Part shown: positions 19,601-29,313 of the stretch, one piece after another
How positions within the stretch are numbered: position 1 is the first letter of the stretch
Layout of the letters: each line of letters starts with the position of its first letter
Source: a virus
DNA: 64,000 nt
Virus record (IMG/VR): IMGVR_UViG_3300037264_001719
Location: 18,332 to 82,331 of that record
Direction: 5' to 3' (one strand)
Position numbers and translations under genes: made by a program
The notes under the pieces: generated by a model
Told to the model about the DNA's origin: nothing
Database searches by the model: none
What the model saw: the letters and a program-made list of their open reading frames with translations, nothing else

Positions 19601-20610
19601 ACCCGACTCAGGGGAGCGATCACCAAGAGCGCCGCTACTGGGGAAAGTATCGGGGCGTCGTGACGGACAATCAGGACCCCGAGCGCCTCGGTCGCGTGAA
19701 GTGCCGCGTGCCGGAGTTGCTCGGGCAGGCCATTGTCACGGATTGGGCGTTTCCGACTGATCTTTCTTATGGGGGAGGTCAGGACTACGGGAAATTCGTC
19801 GTGCCTCCGGTCGGTTCCGGCGTCTACGTCGAGTTCGAGTCGGGGGAGGTAAATCGTCCGCTTTATGGGGGCGTGTGGTACGGCCATCCGAAGGGGAAGC
19901 CCGCCGATCCTCCGAAACTCACTCGGCAGGACGGTCAGACCAAGTTCAGCGACGACGACAGCACCAAGTCCCCGAAGGGGGACGACACGCTCACGGCGGC
20001 GGACTGCTCGGTACACAACCAGCCCAAGTCGCCTGCCGCCCCGGTCTATCCCCACAACCAAGTGCTTCGCACCAAGGAGAACGGGATCATCGTGGAGATC
20101 GACGACACGCCCGGAAAGAGCCGGGTCCATGTCTTTCACGGACCCTCGAAGTCGTGGCTCGAACTCGACCACGCGGGGGAGCTTTCCATCCGAATTGCGG
20201 ACAAAGCCTACACGCTCATCGAGAAGGACAGTCGCGTTCACGTCAAGGGGGACCGCCACGTCTCCGTGGACGGGAATCTGACCCATTTCGCCAAGGGGGA
20301 TCGCTGGATGCGGGTCAACGGGAAGGAGACCAAGATCGTCAACGGGGAACATGATGCGTTCGCCATCGGCCCGGAGACGAAGGTGAGTCAGGGCGGATTC
20401 AAGCATTTCGTTCTCGGGGATCGCGTGGATGTGATTATCGGGAACTACACCCAGTACGTCATCGGAAGGTACGAGACCAACGTGTACGGGTTCTATTCTC
20501 GTATGGCGATGTCCGCCATCGAAGATGCGGCTCCGGGGATTCTCCATCGCGGAGGGGCACCGACCGGAACGCCGCCGGGATTTCCCGCCCCTCCTCCTGT
20601 GTGTGGGTAG
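19597..20610 (+). CDS. baseplate spike (gpV/gp5/VgrG OB-fold plus beta-helix)
   Basis: YWGKYRGVVTDNQDPERLGRVK, PPVGSGVYVEFESG, YPHN, EIDDTPG, repeated VxG strands. Confidence 0.92.
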   Translation: MNPTQGSDHQERRYWGKYRGVVTDNQDPERLGRVKCRVPELLGQAIVTDWAFPTDLSYGGGQDYGKFVVPPVGSGVYVEFESGEVNRPLYGGVWYGHPKGKPADPPKLTRQDGQTKFSDDDSTKSPKGDDTLTAADCSVHNQPKSPAAPVYPHNQVLRTKENGIIVEIDDTPGKSRVHVFHGPSKSWLELDHAGELSIRIADKAYTLIEKDSRVHVKGDRHVSVDGNLTHFAKGDRWMRVNGKETKIVNGEHDAFAIGPETKVSQGGFKHFVLGDRVDVIIGNYTQYVIGRYETNVYGFYSRMAMSAIEDAAPGILHRGGAPTGTPPGFPAPPPVCG

Positions 20611-20613
20611 GCT

Positions 20614-21054
20614 ATGGCCTGTACTCTCCAGACCGACTCCGACCAATGGCTCGCCCTCTTCGGGGCCGATGAAGCTCTCCGTCAATGTGTCGCTGAAGTA
20701 TTCGGCGTCATCGACGTGCAGATCACGGACAACACCCTCACGGAGATCAGTCTTTTCATCGGACTCCTCCAATCGGAACTCGCCCGGCTTCTCGTGGTCA
20801 TCGACATCACCTTGGCGCACGATGCGTGCATTCAAGTCATCATCAACGCGCTCGCCGCACTCGGAGCCCCCACCTCGGAAACGAATGCGCTGTTGGCGGA
20901 TATGCAGGCGAGGGCGCTCGCGGTACAGGAACAGCTTATTGAACTCCAGACGGCGGCGACTCTTATGCCGCTCCAGATTCTCCAGCAGGAGCTTCTCAAG
21001 CTCGAACTCGAATGCCAGAAGGCAAACTCGGAGTTCTTCAATAACGTCACCTGA
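20614..21054 (+). CDS. helical coiled-coil hypothetical protein
   Basis: Leu/Gln/Ala-rich 146 aa ORF in operon. Confidence 0.65.
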   Translation: MACTLQTDSDQWLALFGADEALRQCVAEVFGVIDVQITDNTLTEISLFIGLLQSELARLLVVIDITLAHDACIQVIINALAALGAPTSETNALLADMQARALAVQEQLIELQTAATLMPLQILQQELLKLELECQKANSEFFNNVT

Positions 21055-21072
21055 TAGGATGCCGAGAGACCT

Positions 21073-21435
21073 ATGAGTGTTCCTGTTGTGGGTCCGGGCG
21101 ACATCGAGCACGCCCATTGTGGTTCGCCTACGTCCCATTTTGTAGCTCCGGGTATTCCCGCCCGGATCATCACTTGCGATCCTGTCGCATCGGGAGGGGG
21201 CACGGGGCTCCCCGGCCCCGGGTGCGGGCTGTCTCGGATCGGAGATTTGGTGGAGCCCCATCCTCACGGAGATGACTTCCATCCCGCCAATCAGATTCAA
21301 GGGCCGGGTTCGTTCCTTACGTTTCTCTCCGGGCAACGGGCGTCAATCGTGGGCGATGTGTGTCAATGCGGGGCGGTGGTACTGCCCGATGACGGCCAGT
21401 TCTGCGGAGCCTTCAAAGTGTTCACGGGGGTTTAG
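21073..21435 (+). CDS. PAAR-like spike tip protein
   Basis: GD..HAHC, RIGDLVEPHPH, GQRASIVGDVCQCGA. Confidence 0.8.
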   Translation: MSVPVVGPGDIEHAHCGSPTSHFVAPGIPARIITCDPVASGGGTGLPGPGCGLSRIGDLVEPHPHGDDFHPANQIQGPGSFLTFLSGQRASIVGDVCQCGAVVLPDDGQFCGAFKVFTGV

Positions 21436-21436
21436 C

Positions 21437-21910
21437 ATGGCGGGAATCCGAGATTTCCTCAAGGTGCTTCCCGATACGAGATTGGATTTCGTCGTGAATG
21501 TCATCACCGATCTCCAAGACAGCACTTCCGGGGCGAGGATCGAAAAGCTCCGTCAGTTTCTTTCGGCACTCACCTTCGAGATCGACGGGATCAACCGGAA
21601 GCGGGATGCTCTCGGTCAGAAGGTCGCCAACATCGACACGCTCCTTCCGATCCTCGACGAGAACCTCAAGTCGAGTCCCGATCTTGAGATGGAGCTTCTC
21701 AGGAACACCCTTCTCGGGTGGCGAGCCTCCCTCAAGGGGGAGATTGCCGAACTTCGACCCAACGGGAAGCTCGAAAAGAAGTATGATACGGAGAGGAAGA
21801 GGGACCTCCTGATCCAGCTTCAAAGCGTTGCATCTCAACTCAATGAGCAGATGCAACGGGCTCGGGGTGCAATCGGATTGCACCCTGACGAAATCTCGGA
21901 AGGGAAGTAG
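21437..21910 (+). CDS. coiled-coil hypothetical protein
   Basis: ATG 21437 just after PAAR stop; heptad-rich. Confidence 0.65.
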   Translation: MAGIRDFLKVLPDTRLDFVVNVITDLQDSTSGARIEKLRQFLSALTFEIDGINRKRDALGQKVANIDTLLPILDENLKSSPDLEMELLRNTLLGWRASLKGEIAELRPNGKLEKKYDTERKRDLLIQLQSVASQLNEQMQRARGAIGLHPDEISEGK

Positions 21911-22357
21911 ATGGCGGTAAAACCGGACATCGTTGGTCGTGGGTGGTCTTTCCCCTTCCGATTCACGGGAATCGGAAGGGTGAACAAGATCGTCGGTGTC
22001 GAGAAGGCATTCGGTATCGAGAAGATCAACATGGCGATCCGCCAGATTCTCGGGACCAAGCTCGGAAGCAGGGTCATCGACCGTGATTTCGGGAGTGATC
22101 TTCGGGGGATCATCTTCGAGCCCATCGACCAGCTTTCGGCCACACGGCTCCAGCTTGCGGTCTCGGAGGCGATCCAAACGTGGGAGAAGAGGGTGGAGCT
22201 TCTCAACGTCGAGGTCAGTTTGCTCCGATCTCGGGAGGGCGTTCTCGAAACTCGCGTGGAGTATCAGGTCATCACCACGCAACAGATCGGGAATCTCGTG
22301 TACCCCTTCTACCTCACCCCGGAGATGAGGGTGCAGGGGCAGATCACGATTGGTTAG
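21911..22357 (+). CDS. baseplate gp25/GPW-like sheath initiator
   Basis: GRGWSFPF, ILGTKLGSRV..RDFGS, WEKRV, NLVYPFYL. Confidence 0.93.
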   Translation: MAVKPDIVGRGWSFPFRFTGIGRVNKIVGVEKAFGIEKINMAIRQILGTKLGSRVIDRDFGSDLRGIIFEPIDQLSATRLQLAVSEAIQTWEKRVELLNVEVSLLRSREGVLETRVEYQVITTQQIGNLVYPFYLTPEMRVQGQITIG

Positions 22358-22364
22358 GTGAACG

Positions 22365-24143
22365 ATGGCAAACGGAACGACTACCAGTTCTTTTACGAAA
22401 CTCTCTCAGCGCATCCCGCCCATCGACTATACCTCGCGGGATTTCGAGTCGATCTCGCAGGACATGGTGCGGACCATTCCGTTCTTCGCGCCGGAGTGGA
22501 CCGACCACAACCTGTCGGACTTCGGCATCGTCCTCCAGCGGCTTCTCGCCTTCGTGTCGGACGTTCTCCACTTCTACATCGACCGTGGCGTGAACGAGGC
22601 GTTCCTTCCGACCGCGATCACTCGGCGTTCGGTCATCAACCTGCTCAAGCTCATCGACTTCGAGCTTCGGGGTTCGGTGCCTGCGAGCGTGGACGTGGAG
22701 TTCTCCATTCAGGAGGCTCTCCCCGGAGACCTTCTCATTCCCGCAGGGACGGAACTCCAGACTACGACGGATGTGACGGGTCAGCCCATCTTCTTCGAGA
22801 CCGTGGAGGATGTTGTGATCCCGGCGGGGCAACTCACCGCCGTCGTGTCCGCCGTCGAGGGTCAGACCAAGAGCGAGGACGTGGGCGTGAGCACGGGGCT
22901 TTCCCGCCAGAGGTTCGACCTCGTTGGGATTCCGGTCATTGACGGGTCGCTCCAAATCCTCATCGACGAGGGCGTGGGCGAACAACTCTGGATCGAAGTG
23001 GACACTTTCATTCTCAGCGAGGACACGGACAGGCACTTCACGTCCCAAAAGGACGAGAACAACAAGGCGACGATCTTCTTCGGGGACAATGCACAGGGGA
23101 AGATTCCCGATCCGGGCTCTCTCATTCGAGCGGTCTACCGGGTGGGCGGTGGGCTTGAAGGGAACGTCCCCGCCGAGTCGATCACCGTCATCAATCGGAC
23201 TTTCACGTTCAACGCCCAGCCCGTCAACGTCGAAGTCACGAACCCGAGCAACGCCTCCGGCGGTGAAAATGAAATGTCCATCGACGAGGCCAAGGTGCTC
23301 GGGCCTCAGAGTCTTCGCGCCCTTTATCGCGCAGTCACGGAAGAGGACTACATCGCCCTCTCGGAGAACTTCCCCGGAATCGCCAAGGCGTCTGTCTCGG
23401 TGGGGGGTTCTCCGGTGGACCCGATCACGGGCTGTTGCTGTTGCGTGACGGTCTTCATCGCGCCCCGGGGCGGCGGGCCTCCCTCCACCCAACTCAAGGA
23501 AGACCTGCTCGCCTACCTCGATGAGCGGAAGATGGTCGGGACGTGCCTCAAGATTGGAAACCCCGAGTACGCCAAGGTGGACATGAAGGGGACCGTCTTC
23601 ATCGGGTCCAACTTCGCAACCAATCAACTCGTCCTTTCCGTGGATGAGGCGATTGCGAAGTTCTTCGATCCTGTCGGGGATTTCACCCGGTTCGGGACGC
23701 CCATCTTCCTCTCGGACCTCTATCATCTGCTCGATGCGATCCCGGGGGTGGATCACGTCGATTTGCCCGAAGTGACCAAGCAGCCGAACCCGGTGAACGA
23801 AGTCGGATCGACTTGCACGCTCCAAGACTTCATCGTCGGGGAGGAGTCCAAGGAGGAGAAGTGGACGCTCATTTTTGTCTCCCCCACGACCTTCACTCTC
23901 CGGGGGACCGTAAGTGGGTTGCAGGTTAATGCCGGGACGGTCGGAGTGCCCTACAGTTCCGACAAGAGTGAAATCTCCTTCAAGGTTGTCTGCACCGCGC
24001 CCCCCAGCATCGGGGACAGGATCGGTTTCACGACGAGCAAGAAGGCGGCGAATGTCCCGATGGGTCCGAACCAGATCGCGCAACAGGGAAATACCCAATT
24101 CACCTTCGTCGGTGGAGCCCGCCCGTTGACGGAGTGCCCATGA
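22365..24143 (+). CDS. baseplate wedge J/gp6-like protein
   Basis: IDYTSRDFES, PEWTD, FGDNAQGKIP, YRVGGGLEGNV, RAVTEEDY. Confidence 0.93.
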   Translation: MANGTTTSSFTKLSQRIPPIDYTSRDFESISQDMVRTIPFFAPEWTDHNLSDFGIVLQRLLAFVSDVLHFYIDRGVNEAFLPTAITRRSVINLLKLIDFELRGSVPASVDVEFSIQEALPGDLLIPAGTELQTTTDVTGQPIFFETVEDVVIPAGQLTAVVSAVEGQTKSEDVGVSTGLSRQRFDLVGIPVIDGSLQILIDEGVGEQLWIEVDTFILSEDTDRHFTSQKDENNKATIFFGDNAQGKIPDPGSLIRAVYRVGGGLEGNVPAESITVINRTFTFNAQPVNVEVTNPSNASGGENEMSIDEAKVLGPQSLRALYRAVTEEDYIALSENFPGIAKASVSVGGSPVDPITGCCCCVTVFIAPRGGGPPSTQLKEDLLAYLDERKMVGTCLKIGNPEYAKVDMKGTVFIGSNFATNQLVLSVDEAIAKFFDPVGDFTRFGTPIFLSDLYHLLDAIPGVDHVDLPEVTKQPNPVNEVGSTCTLQDFIVGEESKEEKWTLIFVSPTTFTLRGTVSGLQVNAGTVGVPYSSDKSEISFKVVCTAPPSIGDRIGFTTSKKAANVPMGPNQIAQQGNTQFTFVGGARPLTECP

Positions 24144-24379
24144 CCGAAAAATTTGCCAACGTCGATTGGGACAAGCTCTCCCCCGAGGAGAAACTGCGGG
24201 TCCGGCAGGCCGAAGTATGGACCAGCCGGGTCAAGCTCACGGAGGCGACCGCCCGAGCTTTCGACTCCCTCATGCGGCAGGCGGGGCTTACGGAAGAGGA
24301 GATCACGAAGTACCGGAAGTATCTGGAGGAAATCGTCACTTCCATCCATCGGAAGCATGACGAATCGGTGAATGTCTGA
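24140..24379 (+). CDS. small helical hypothetical protein
   Basis: ATGA overlap with J stop; overlaps next start. Confidence 0.6.
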   Translation: MTEKFANVDWDKLSPEEKLRVRQAEVWTSRVKLTEATARAFDSLMRQAGLTEEEITKYRKYLEEIVTSIHRKHDESVNV

Positions 24380-26153
24380 CCCCAACTGCCCCCCTCTCGG
24401 GGATGACATCCTCCCGTTCCCTGAATGTACTGATCCCATCTCCGGGCCGCAGGGAGGATTCGACGCCTTCGGGAGCCCGAAGCTCGTCAAGAACGTGCGA
24501 ATCCGGCGCGGCCTTGAAGGTCCGCAACTCATTCTCGAATGGGACGCCCCCAATGAAGTTCCAGAGTTCGGGGGCGGACTCACCCGCGTCATGCGGAAGC
24601 TCTACGACTTCTCCCGTAGCCCGGACGATGGGATGCTCGTTTTCGAGAAACCCACCGAAGACGACAACCGATTCGTAGCGGACATCGACCTCGATCCCTG
24701 CAAGTGCTACTACTACACGATCTTCACCTTCGATCCCGTAGACGGGCGGTGGAGGTACTCCCTCGATACGCAGGCCGAGGAGATCGCCATTCCCACGGGG
24801 TTCTTCACCACAGAACTCTTCAAGCTCCTGCCGGAACTCTACGTCTTCGGGGACAAGCATCTCGACGAGGACATCGATAGCAAGGAATCCAACGTCTTCG
24901 CTCTCGAAAAGACGTTCAGCCCCGAGGAGCGTGAGTGGTTCAACCTCTACGAAAACACCGATCCCACGAAGGAGCCCATCAAGAAGGGGCCTCTCCAGAG
25001 GTTCATGAGGACCCTCGCCATCGAGCCCGACATCGTGAAGGGCTTGATCGACTGTATGCCTATCCTGTGGGACGTGGACGAGACCTGTTGCGAAGTCCTT
25101 CCCGCACTCGGGGCGCTCATCGGGCTCGAAGTCAATCAGGAATTCGATTGCGCCAAGCAACGGCAGGAGATCAAGCAGCAAGTCGCCATCTACAAGATCA
25201 AGGGAACCAAGGCGGGACTCCGCGCCCGAGCCCTCTCCGTCGCAGGGCTTTCCGGCGACATCCATGAGTGGTCGAACAACATCCTCATCGCCAACAGGAT
25301 CGACCGGACGAGTCTCGCTTTCCCGAATGCGGGATTCTCCTCTAAGTTCATGCTTCCCGGGGACGATACCTCGTACACCCCGGGAGGGGTGATCGGGTTC
25401 GTCCGGTTCTGCATCTTCCTCAATCTCGACTGCGACGACTGCCTCGCCCAGCAAGTCGTGGAGAAACTCATCAGGGAGTTGGGCCGAGAGATTCCGGTCT
25501 GCCGGATCGGGCACGTCATTTTCGTCGATTGCAAGTGGGTCGAGTGCTACGACACCCTCCGGCGGGTTCAGGAGACCTCGAAGGACATCATCAAAGATTA
25601 CATCATCGAGGACTTCCGCACCCATTGTTGGCTCATCACGAATCGGCTCACGGACACCAACTCCCCGCCGCCGCTCGGCCCGGACCTCAACCTGCCGTTC
25701 GAGCATCACTACACGAACAGCATCCACGCGCTCACGGCCAACCCGTTCCGGGTCTGTCAGGAAATCTGGTACGACGACATTGAGCAGGCATCCAAGGACA
25801 TCGAAGACCTTTCCGACTGCTGGCTCATCTCCAATCGGATCGAGCGGATCACCAACACGTTCCGCTGGCGGACGCCGCCCGTGGACGAATCCCGGTGCAT
25901 CCCCCTCGACGATTGGTACGACGAAGTGCAGGTGGGCGAGTTTGTCGAGCCCGTCAACTGCGAGACTCTCGGCCTCCTCTTCATCTCGAACCGTCCGGCG
26001 GGGCACCCGGACCTCCCGCCGAGCCTTACGAACACCCTCCAGTCGCTCGTCGGGCCGTGCTTCGTGGCGGGGGAGTTCTGGTACGACGAGATCATCTGCG
26101 CTGGACGAATCAACCGTGGCAGGATAAACTGTGCAAGAATCAATCAGCCGTAG
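24372..26153 (+). CDS. baseplate wedge gpI/gp7-like protein, Cys-rich
   Basis: LFKLLPELY, LPALGALIG, RQEIK..AIYKIKGTKAG (P2 gpI-like core); FN3-like N-terminus. Confidence 0.8.
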   Translation: MSDPNCPPLGDDILPFPECTDPISGPQGGFDAFGSPKLVKNVRIRRGLEGPQLILEWDAPNEVPEFGGGLTRVMRKLYDFSRSPDDGMLVFEKPTEDDNRFVADIDLDPCKCYYYTIFTFDPVDGRWRYSLDTQAEEIAIPTGFFTTELFKLLPELYVFGDKHLDEDIDSKESNVFALEKTFSPEEREWFNLYENTDPTKEPIKKGPLQRFMRTLAIEPDIVKGLIDCMPILWDVDETCCEVLPALGALIGLEVNQEFDCAKQRQEIKQQVAIYKIKGTKAGLRARALSVAGLSGDIHEWSNNILIANRIDRTSLAFPNAGFSSKFMLPGDDTSYTPGGVIGFVRFCIFLNLDCDDCLAQQVVEKLIRELGREIPVCRIGHVIFVDCKWVECYDTLRRVQETSKDIIKDYIIEDFRTHCWLITNRLTDTNSPPPLGPDLNLPFEHHYTNSIHALTANPFRVCQEIWYDDIEQASKDIEDLSDCWLISNRIERITNTFRWRTPPVDESRCIPLDDWYDEVQVGEFVEPVNCETLGLLFISNRPAGHPDLPPSLTNTLQSLVGPCFVAGEFWYDEIICAGRINRGRINCARINQP

Positions 26154-26165
26154 TGAGGGGATGTA

Positions 26166-28769
26166 ATGGGCATCGAATCCGGCTGGGACGAGTGGGGCGA
26201 CCAACACCTCATTCTCGACGAACGGGCGTCTGCCTTCTGCCGCTACGTCAAGAACTTCATCCTCAAAGGATTCGGGCTTGCCCCGGGTATCGGGTTGCAG
26301 ACCATCGTCGGGGACCTCGGCCTCAACGTGGCCTACGTCAACGGCTACGAGGTCAAGCAACAGAACGCCGTGGCGCTCGGGCTCACCGCATCGGCCACGA
26401 ACCACATCTTCCTCAAGTTCACTCGGACGCCCGACATCGTGGCGGGGGTCTCGGCCATCTCAATTTCGTACACGGTCAATACCTCGGGCACCCAGCCCGC
26501 CGACTCCATCAAGCTCGGGACCGTCACAACGGACGGTGTGGGCGTGACGGCGATCACCCCGCAGAACAACAAGTTCAAGATTCACGACGCCCAACTTGAG
26601 ACCGACATCGACGGGAATCTCAATCGGATCACCCGCCTCGTCATCAACGGGGGACCAGCTTTTCCGACCGTTCCCGCCCCCCTCGCTGGGGAGCTTTTCG
26701 TCCGAACCGATCTGCCCGGAGACCCCCTTTTCCGGTTCGATGGGGACGCGGTGGCTTGGGTTTCGGCGGGTGCCGGGGGCGGGGGAGTCACCAAGATTCG
26801 GGAAGACGGGACGCTCATCGAATCCGCCGCCACGGAGATCGACTTCCAAGACGGACTCATCGCGGATTTGATCGCCGCAGGAGTCGTCAAGGTCAATCTG
26901 GATTACGGCGTCACCCCCTCGACCATCCTTCCCGACGACGTTGCGGCTCCCGGCATCTCCCCCTCGGTTGCCCGAGAGGATCACGTTCACGCCATCGGAG
27001 CGGACACTCCGGTTGACATCGCGCAGGCCAACGCCGAGGGCACGGACGCCACCTTCGCCCGGTCGGACCACGAACACTCCCACGGAGACCAACCTCTCGG
27101 GGACGGACTCGACCATGCGCTTGTGACCCCGGACCCCGGCGGCGTGGCCGGGTTCATGTCGCCTGCGGACAAGGAAAAGCTGGACGACTCTGGAATCCTG
27201 ACCAGCACGGCACCCCCGCAAATCGACATCGGAGATGCCGCCGTTGTCGGAGTCTCCGGTGAAGCCGCCCGAGCGGACCACCAACACGCGCTTCCGATTC
27301 CGACCTTTGTTTCAACGATTGACCCGGACGATGCTCCATCTCTCGGGGTCTCCACGATTCCGGCGAGGGAAGATCACCAACACGCCATTGTGACGGACGC
27401 CCCCGTTGACGTGGCTCAAGCCAACGTGGAGGGCGTGTCGGGAGCCTTCTCCCGCGCCGACCACGTTCACAGCCACGGAGATCAGCCCATCGGAGACGGG
27501 CTGGATCACGCTATCGTGACGGCCCTGTTCGCCGGGTTCATGTCCCCCTCGATGCTCTCCACCCTCACGGGATCGGCCCTGTGGGGGAAAATGATCTTCG
27601 TGGATGACGTGTACGGGGACGACGCAACGGCTCTCAGGGAGCGAAAGGACAAGCCGTTCAAGACCCTCGCGGCGGCGGCTGTGGCGACGGGGATCGCGTC
27701 GGGGGATGTCATCCTGCTCCTGCCCGGAACCTACGACATGGCGGCGGACTTCACCATTCCGGTAGGCGTGGCTATCCGGGGTGTGGAAAGGGGGACAGTT
27801 ATCATCCAAAGACTCCTCACCGTCGTAAGTGCCACGCTCATCACGATGGGGAGTGGTTCCAGCTTGGGCGACGTGACGCTCCGGCTGACTTCCGCCGTGA
27901 ACACGGCGACCCTGCTTCGGGGGGTGAGCTTCCCCGGTGCAACCACCACGACGGCCAAGCTCCGAAACGTCCGCGTCGAAGTCGAGAACGTGGCGGTTTC
28001 CGTGGCCGATTCGACCGACGTGATCGGCGTTCGAGTTGGTTCGACGGGAACGCCCGGAAAGTACCACTCGAATCTCGAAGACGTGGAAATTCTCGTCCAG
28101 ACGAAGGGGAACGGGAAGAAGCGTTGCCTCTTGCTTGACACCTCGGGCGGCGTGGCGAACTGCCGGAACGTGAACTCCCTTCTGGAACGGCAGGGCGGGG
28201 CTCCGGGTGCGCCGAACTACATCGCGGTCGAGATCGACCAAGTGGGCGCGACCTTGTATATGCAGGACGGCTCCTCGGAAATCTCCCCTGTCACCGCCGG
28301 GGCGGATGCGTCTCAGACGACCGGATCGCTCCAACTCTCGAACCATGTCCTTGTCACGAACAACGCCAACGCCAAGGGGCTCACCGCCTACGACTCCAAC
28401 CATGAAGAGTGGTCGGTCGAGGGCGCGGTCACGAACGGTGCGGTGACGCGGTTCATGCGTCCCGGCTCTGCGCCCGAGTCCACGCTCGAAATCCAGAGGA
28501 GAATCACCCGTCCCATCATCCTTTTCGGGATCGCGCTTCTGGCCCGGCTGAACCCCGGCGTTCCGGGGGCTCAGACGACGACGGTGACGGTTCGGAAGAA
28601 CGGCGTGGATACGCTGGTCTTGGTCGCGCTTCCTGACGGGACGACGACTATCGCGTTCACGGCCAACGTCTCCGTGTCGTTCGCGGAGGGCGATCTGCTC
28701 TCCCTGAAGATCGTCTCGACGGGGACGAGCACGGCGACGGACGTACAGGCGACGTTGAGGCACTACTAG
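26166..28769 (+). CDS. tail fibre/spike with ARxDHxH repeats and C-terminal beta-helix
   Basis: AREDHVH, ARSDHEH, ARADHQH, AREDHQH, SRADHVH; GFMSPADKEKLD; KPFKTLAAA..GDVILLLPGTY beta-helix cap. Confidence 0.8.
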   Translation: MGIESGWDEWGDQHLILDERASAFCRYVKNFILKGFGLAPGIGLQTIVGDLGLNVAYVNGYEVKQQNAVALGLTASATNHIFLKFTRTPDIVAGVSAISISYTVNTSGTQPADSIKLGTVTTDGVGVTAITPQNNKFKIHDAQLETDIDGNLNRITRLVINGGPAFPTVPAPLAGELFVRTDLPGDPLFRFDGDAVAWVSAGAGGGGVTKIREDGTLIESAATEIDFQDGLIADLIAAGVVKVNLDYGVTPSTILPDDVAAPGISPSVAREDHVHAIGADTPVDIAQANAEGTDATFARSDHEHSHGDQPLGDGLDHALVTPDPGGVAGFMSPADKEKLDDSGILTSTAPPQIDIGDAAVVGVSGEAARADHQHALPIPTFVSTIDPDDAPSLGVSTIPAREDHQHAIVTDAPVDVAQANVEGVSGAFSRADHVHSHGDQPIGDGLDHAIVTALFAGFMSPSMLSTLTGSALWGKMIFVDDVYGDDATALRERKDKPFKTLAAAAVATGIASGDVILLLPGTYDMAADFTIPVGVAIRGVERGTVIIQRLLTVVSATLITMGSGSSLGDVTLRLTSAVNTATLLRGVSFPGATTTTAKLRNVRVEVENVAVSVADSTDVIGVRVGSTGTPGKYHSNLEDVEILVQTKGNGKKRCLLLDTSGGVANCRNVNSLLERQGGAPGAPNYIAVEIDQVGATLYMQDGSSEISPVTAGADASQTTGSLQLSNHVLVTNNANAKGLTAYDSNHEEWSVEGAVTNGAVTRFMRPGSAPESTLEIQRRITRPIILFGIALLARLNPGVPGAQTTTVTVRKNGVDTLVLVALPDGTTTIAFTANVSVSFAEGDLLSLKIVSTGTSTATDVQATLRHY

Positions 28770-28777
28770 AGGGCTGT

Positions 28778-29305
28778 ATGGCAACGGTGTTCAATCGGAC
28801 AACGCTGGAGCGCAGGGAAGGAGTTCCCGTCTCCGGTTACGACCCGGCAGAATGGCTCCTCGACCCCGACCTTGCGCCAGTCGCCGGAGTTTCCGATGAC
28901 TACTGGAAGATCGTCGGGGATTCGGTAGTCGAGATGACCGTGGCCGAAAAAGCCGCGAAGGACGCCCAGATTCTCGCGGTAGAAAAGAAGAGCAAGCTGT
29001 ACGAGTTCGAGATCGCGGTGGACTCGTACACGCAGGAGCACTATGACCTCCCCGCCCAGAGGATGCTCCTCGCCCTTCTGGACGAGTCGCGGCGGCTGGC
29101 GGTGCCCCTCTTGAACCGAGAGGCGTACATTCAGGGTGCCCTCAACTGGATCAAAACTGTCATTGGGTACTATATGCAACAGGGCGGGGCGGTCATGGCC
29201 CAGACGACCCCTGCCGGGGTTTCGGCGGTCCCCCTCAACTTGGCCCAATTCGACGCCGCAGACCCCCATGTAAGCGTTCCGGGGGCCATGATGACCACGA
29301 CGTAG
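28778..29305 (+). CDS. putative tail fibre assembly chaperone
   Basis: Follows fibre; YWKIVGDSVVEMT.AEK motif then helical C-terminus. Confidence 0.55.
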   Translation: MATVFNRTTLERREGVPVSGYDPAEWLLDPDLAPVAGVSDDYWKIVGDSVVEMTVAEKAAKDAQILAVEKKSKLYEFEIAVDSYTQEHYDLPAQRMLLALLDESRRLAVPLLNREAYIQGALNWIKTVIGYYMQQGGAVMAQTTPAGVSAVPLNLAQFDAADPHVSVPGAMMTTT

Positions 29306-29313
29306 GAGATCGG

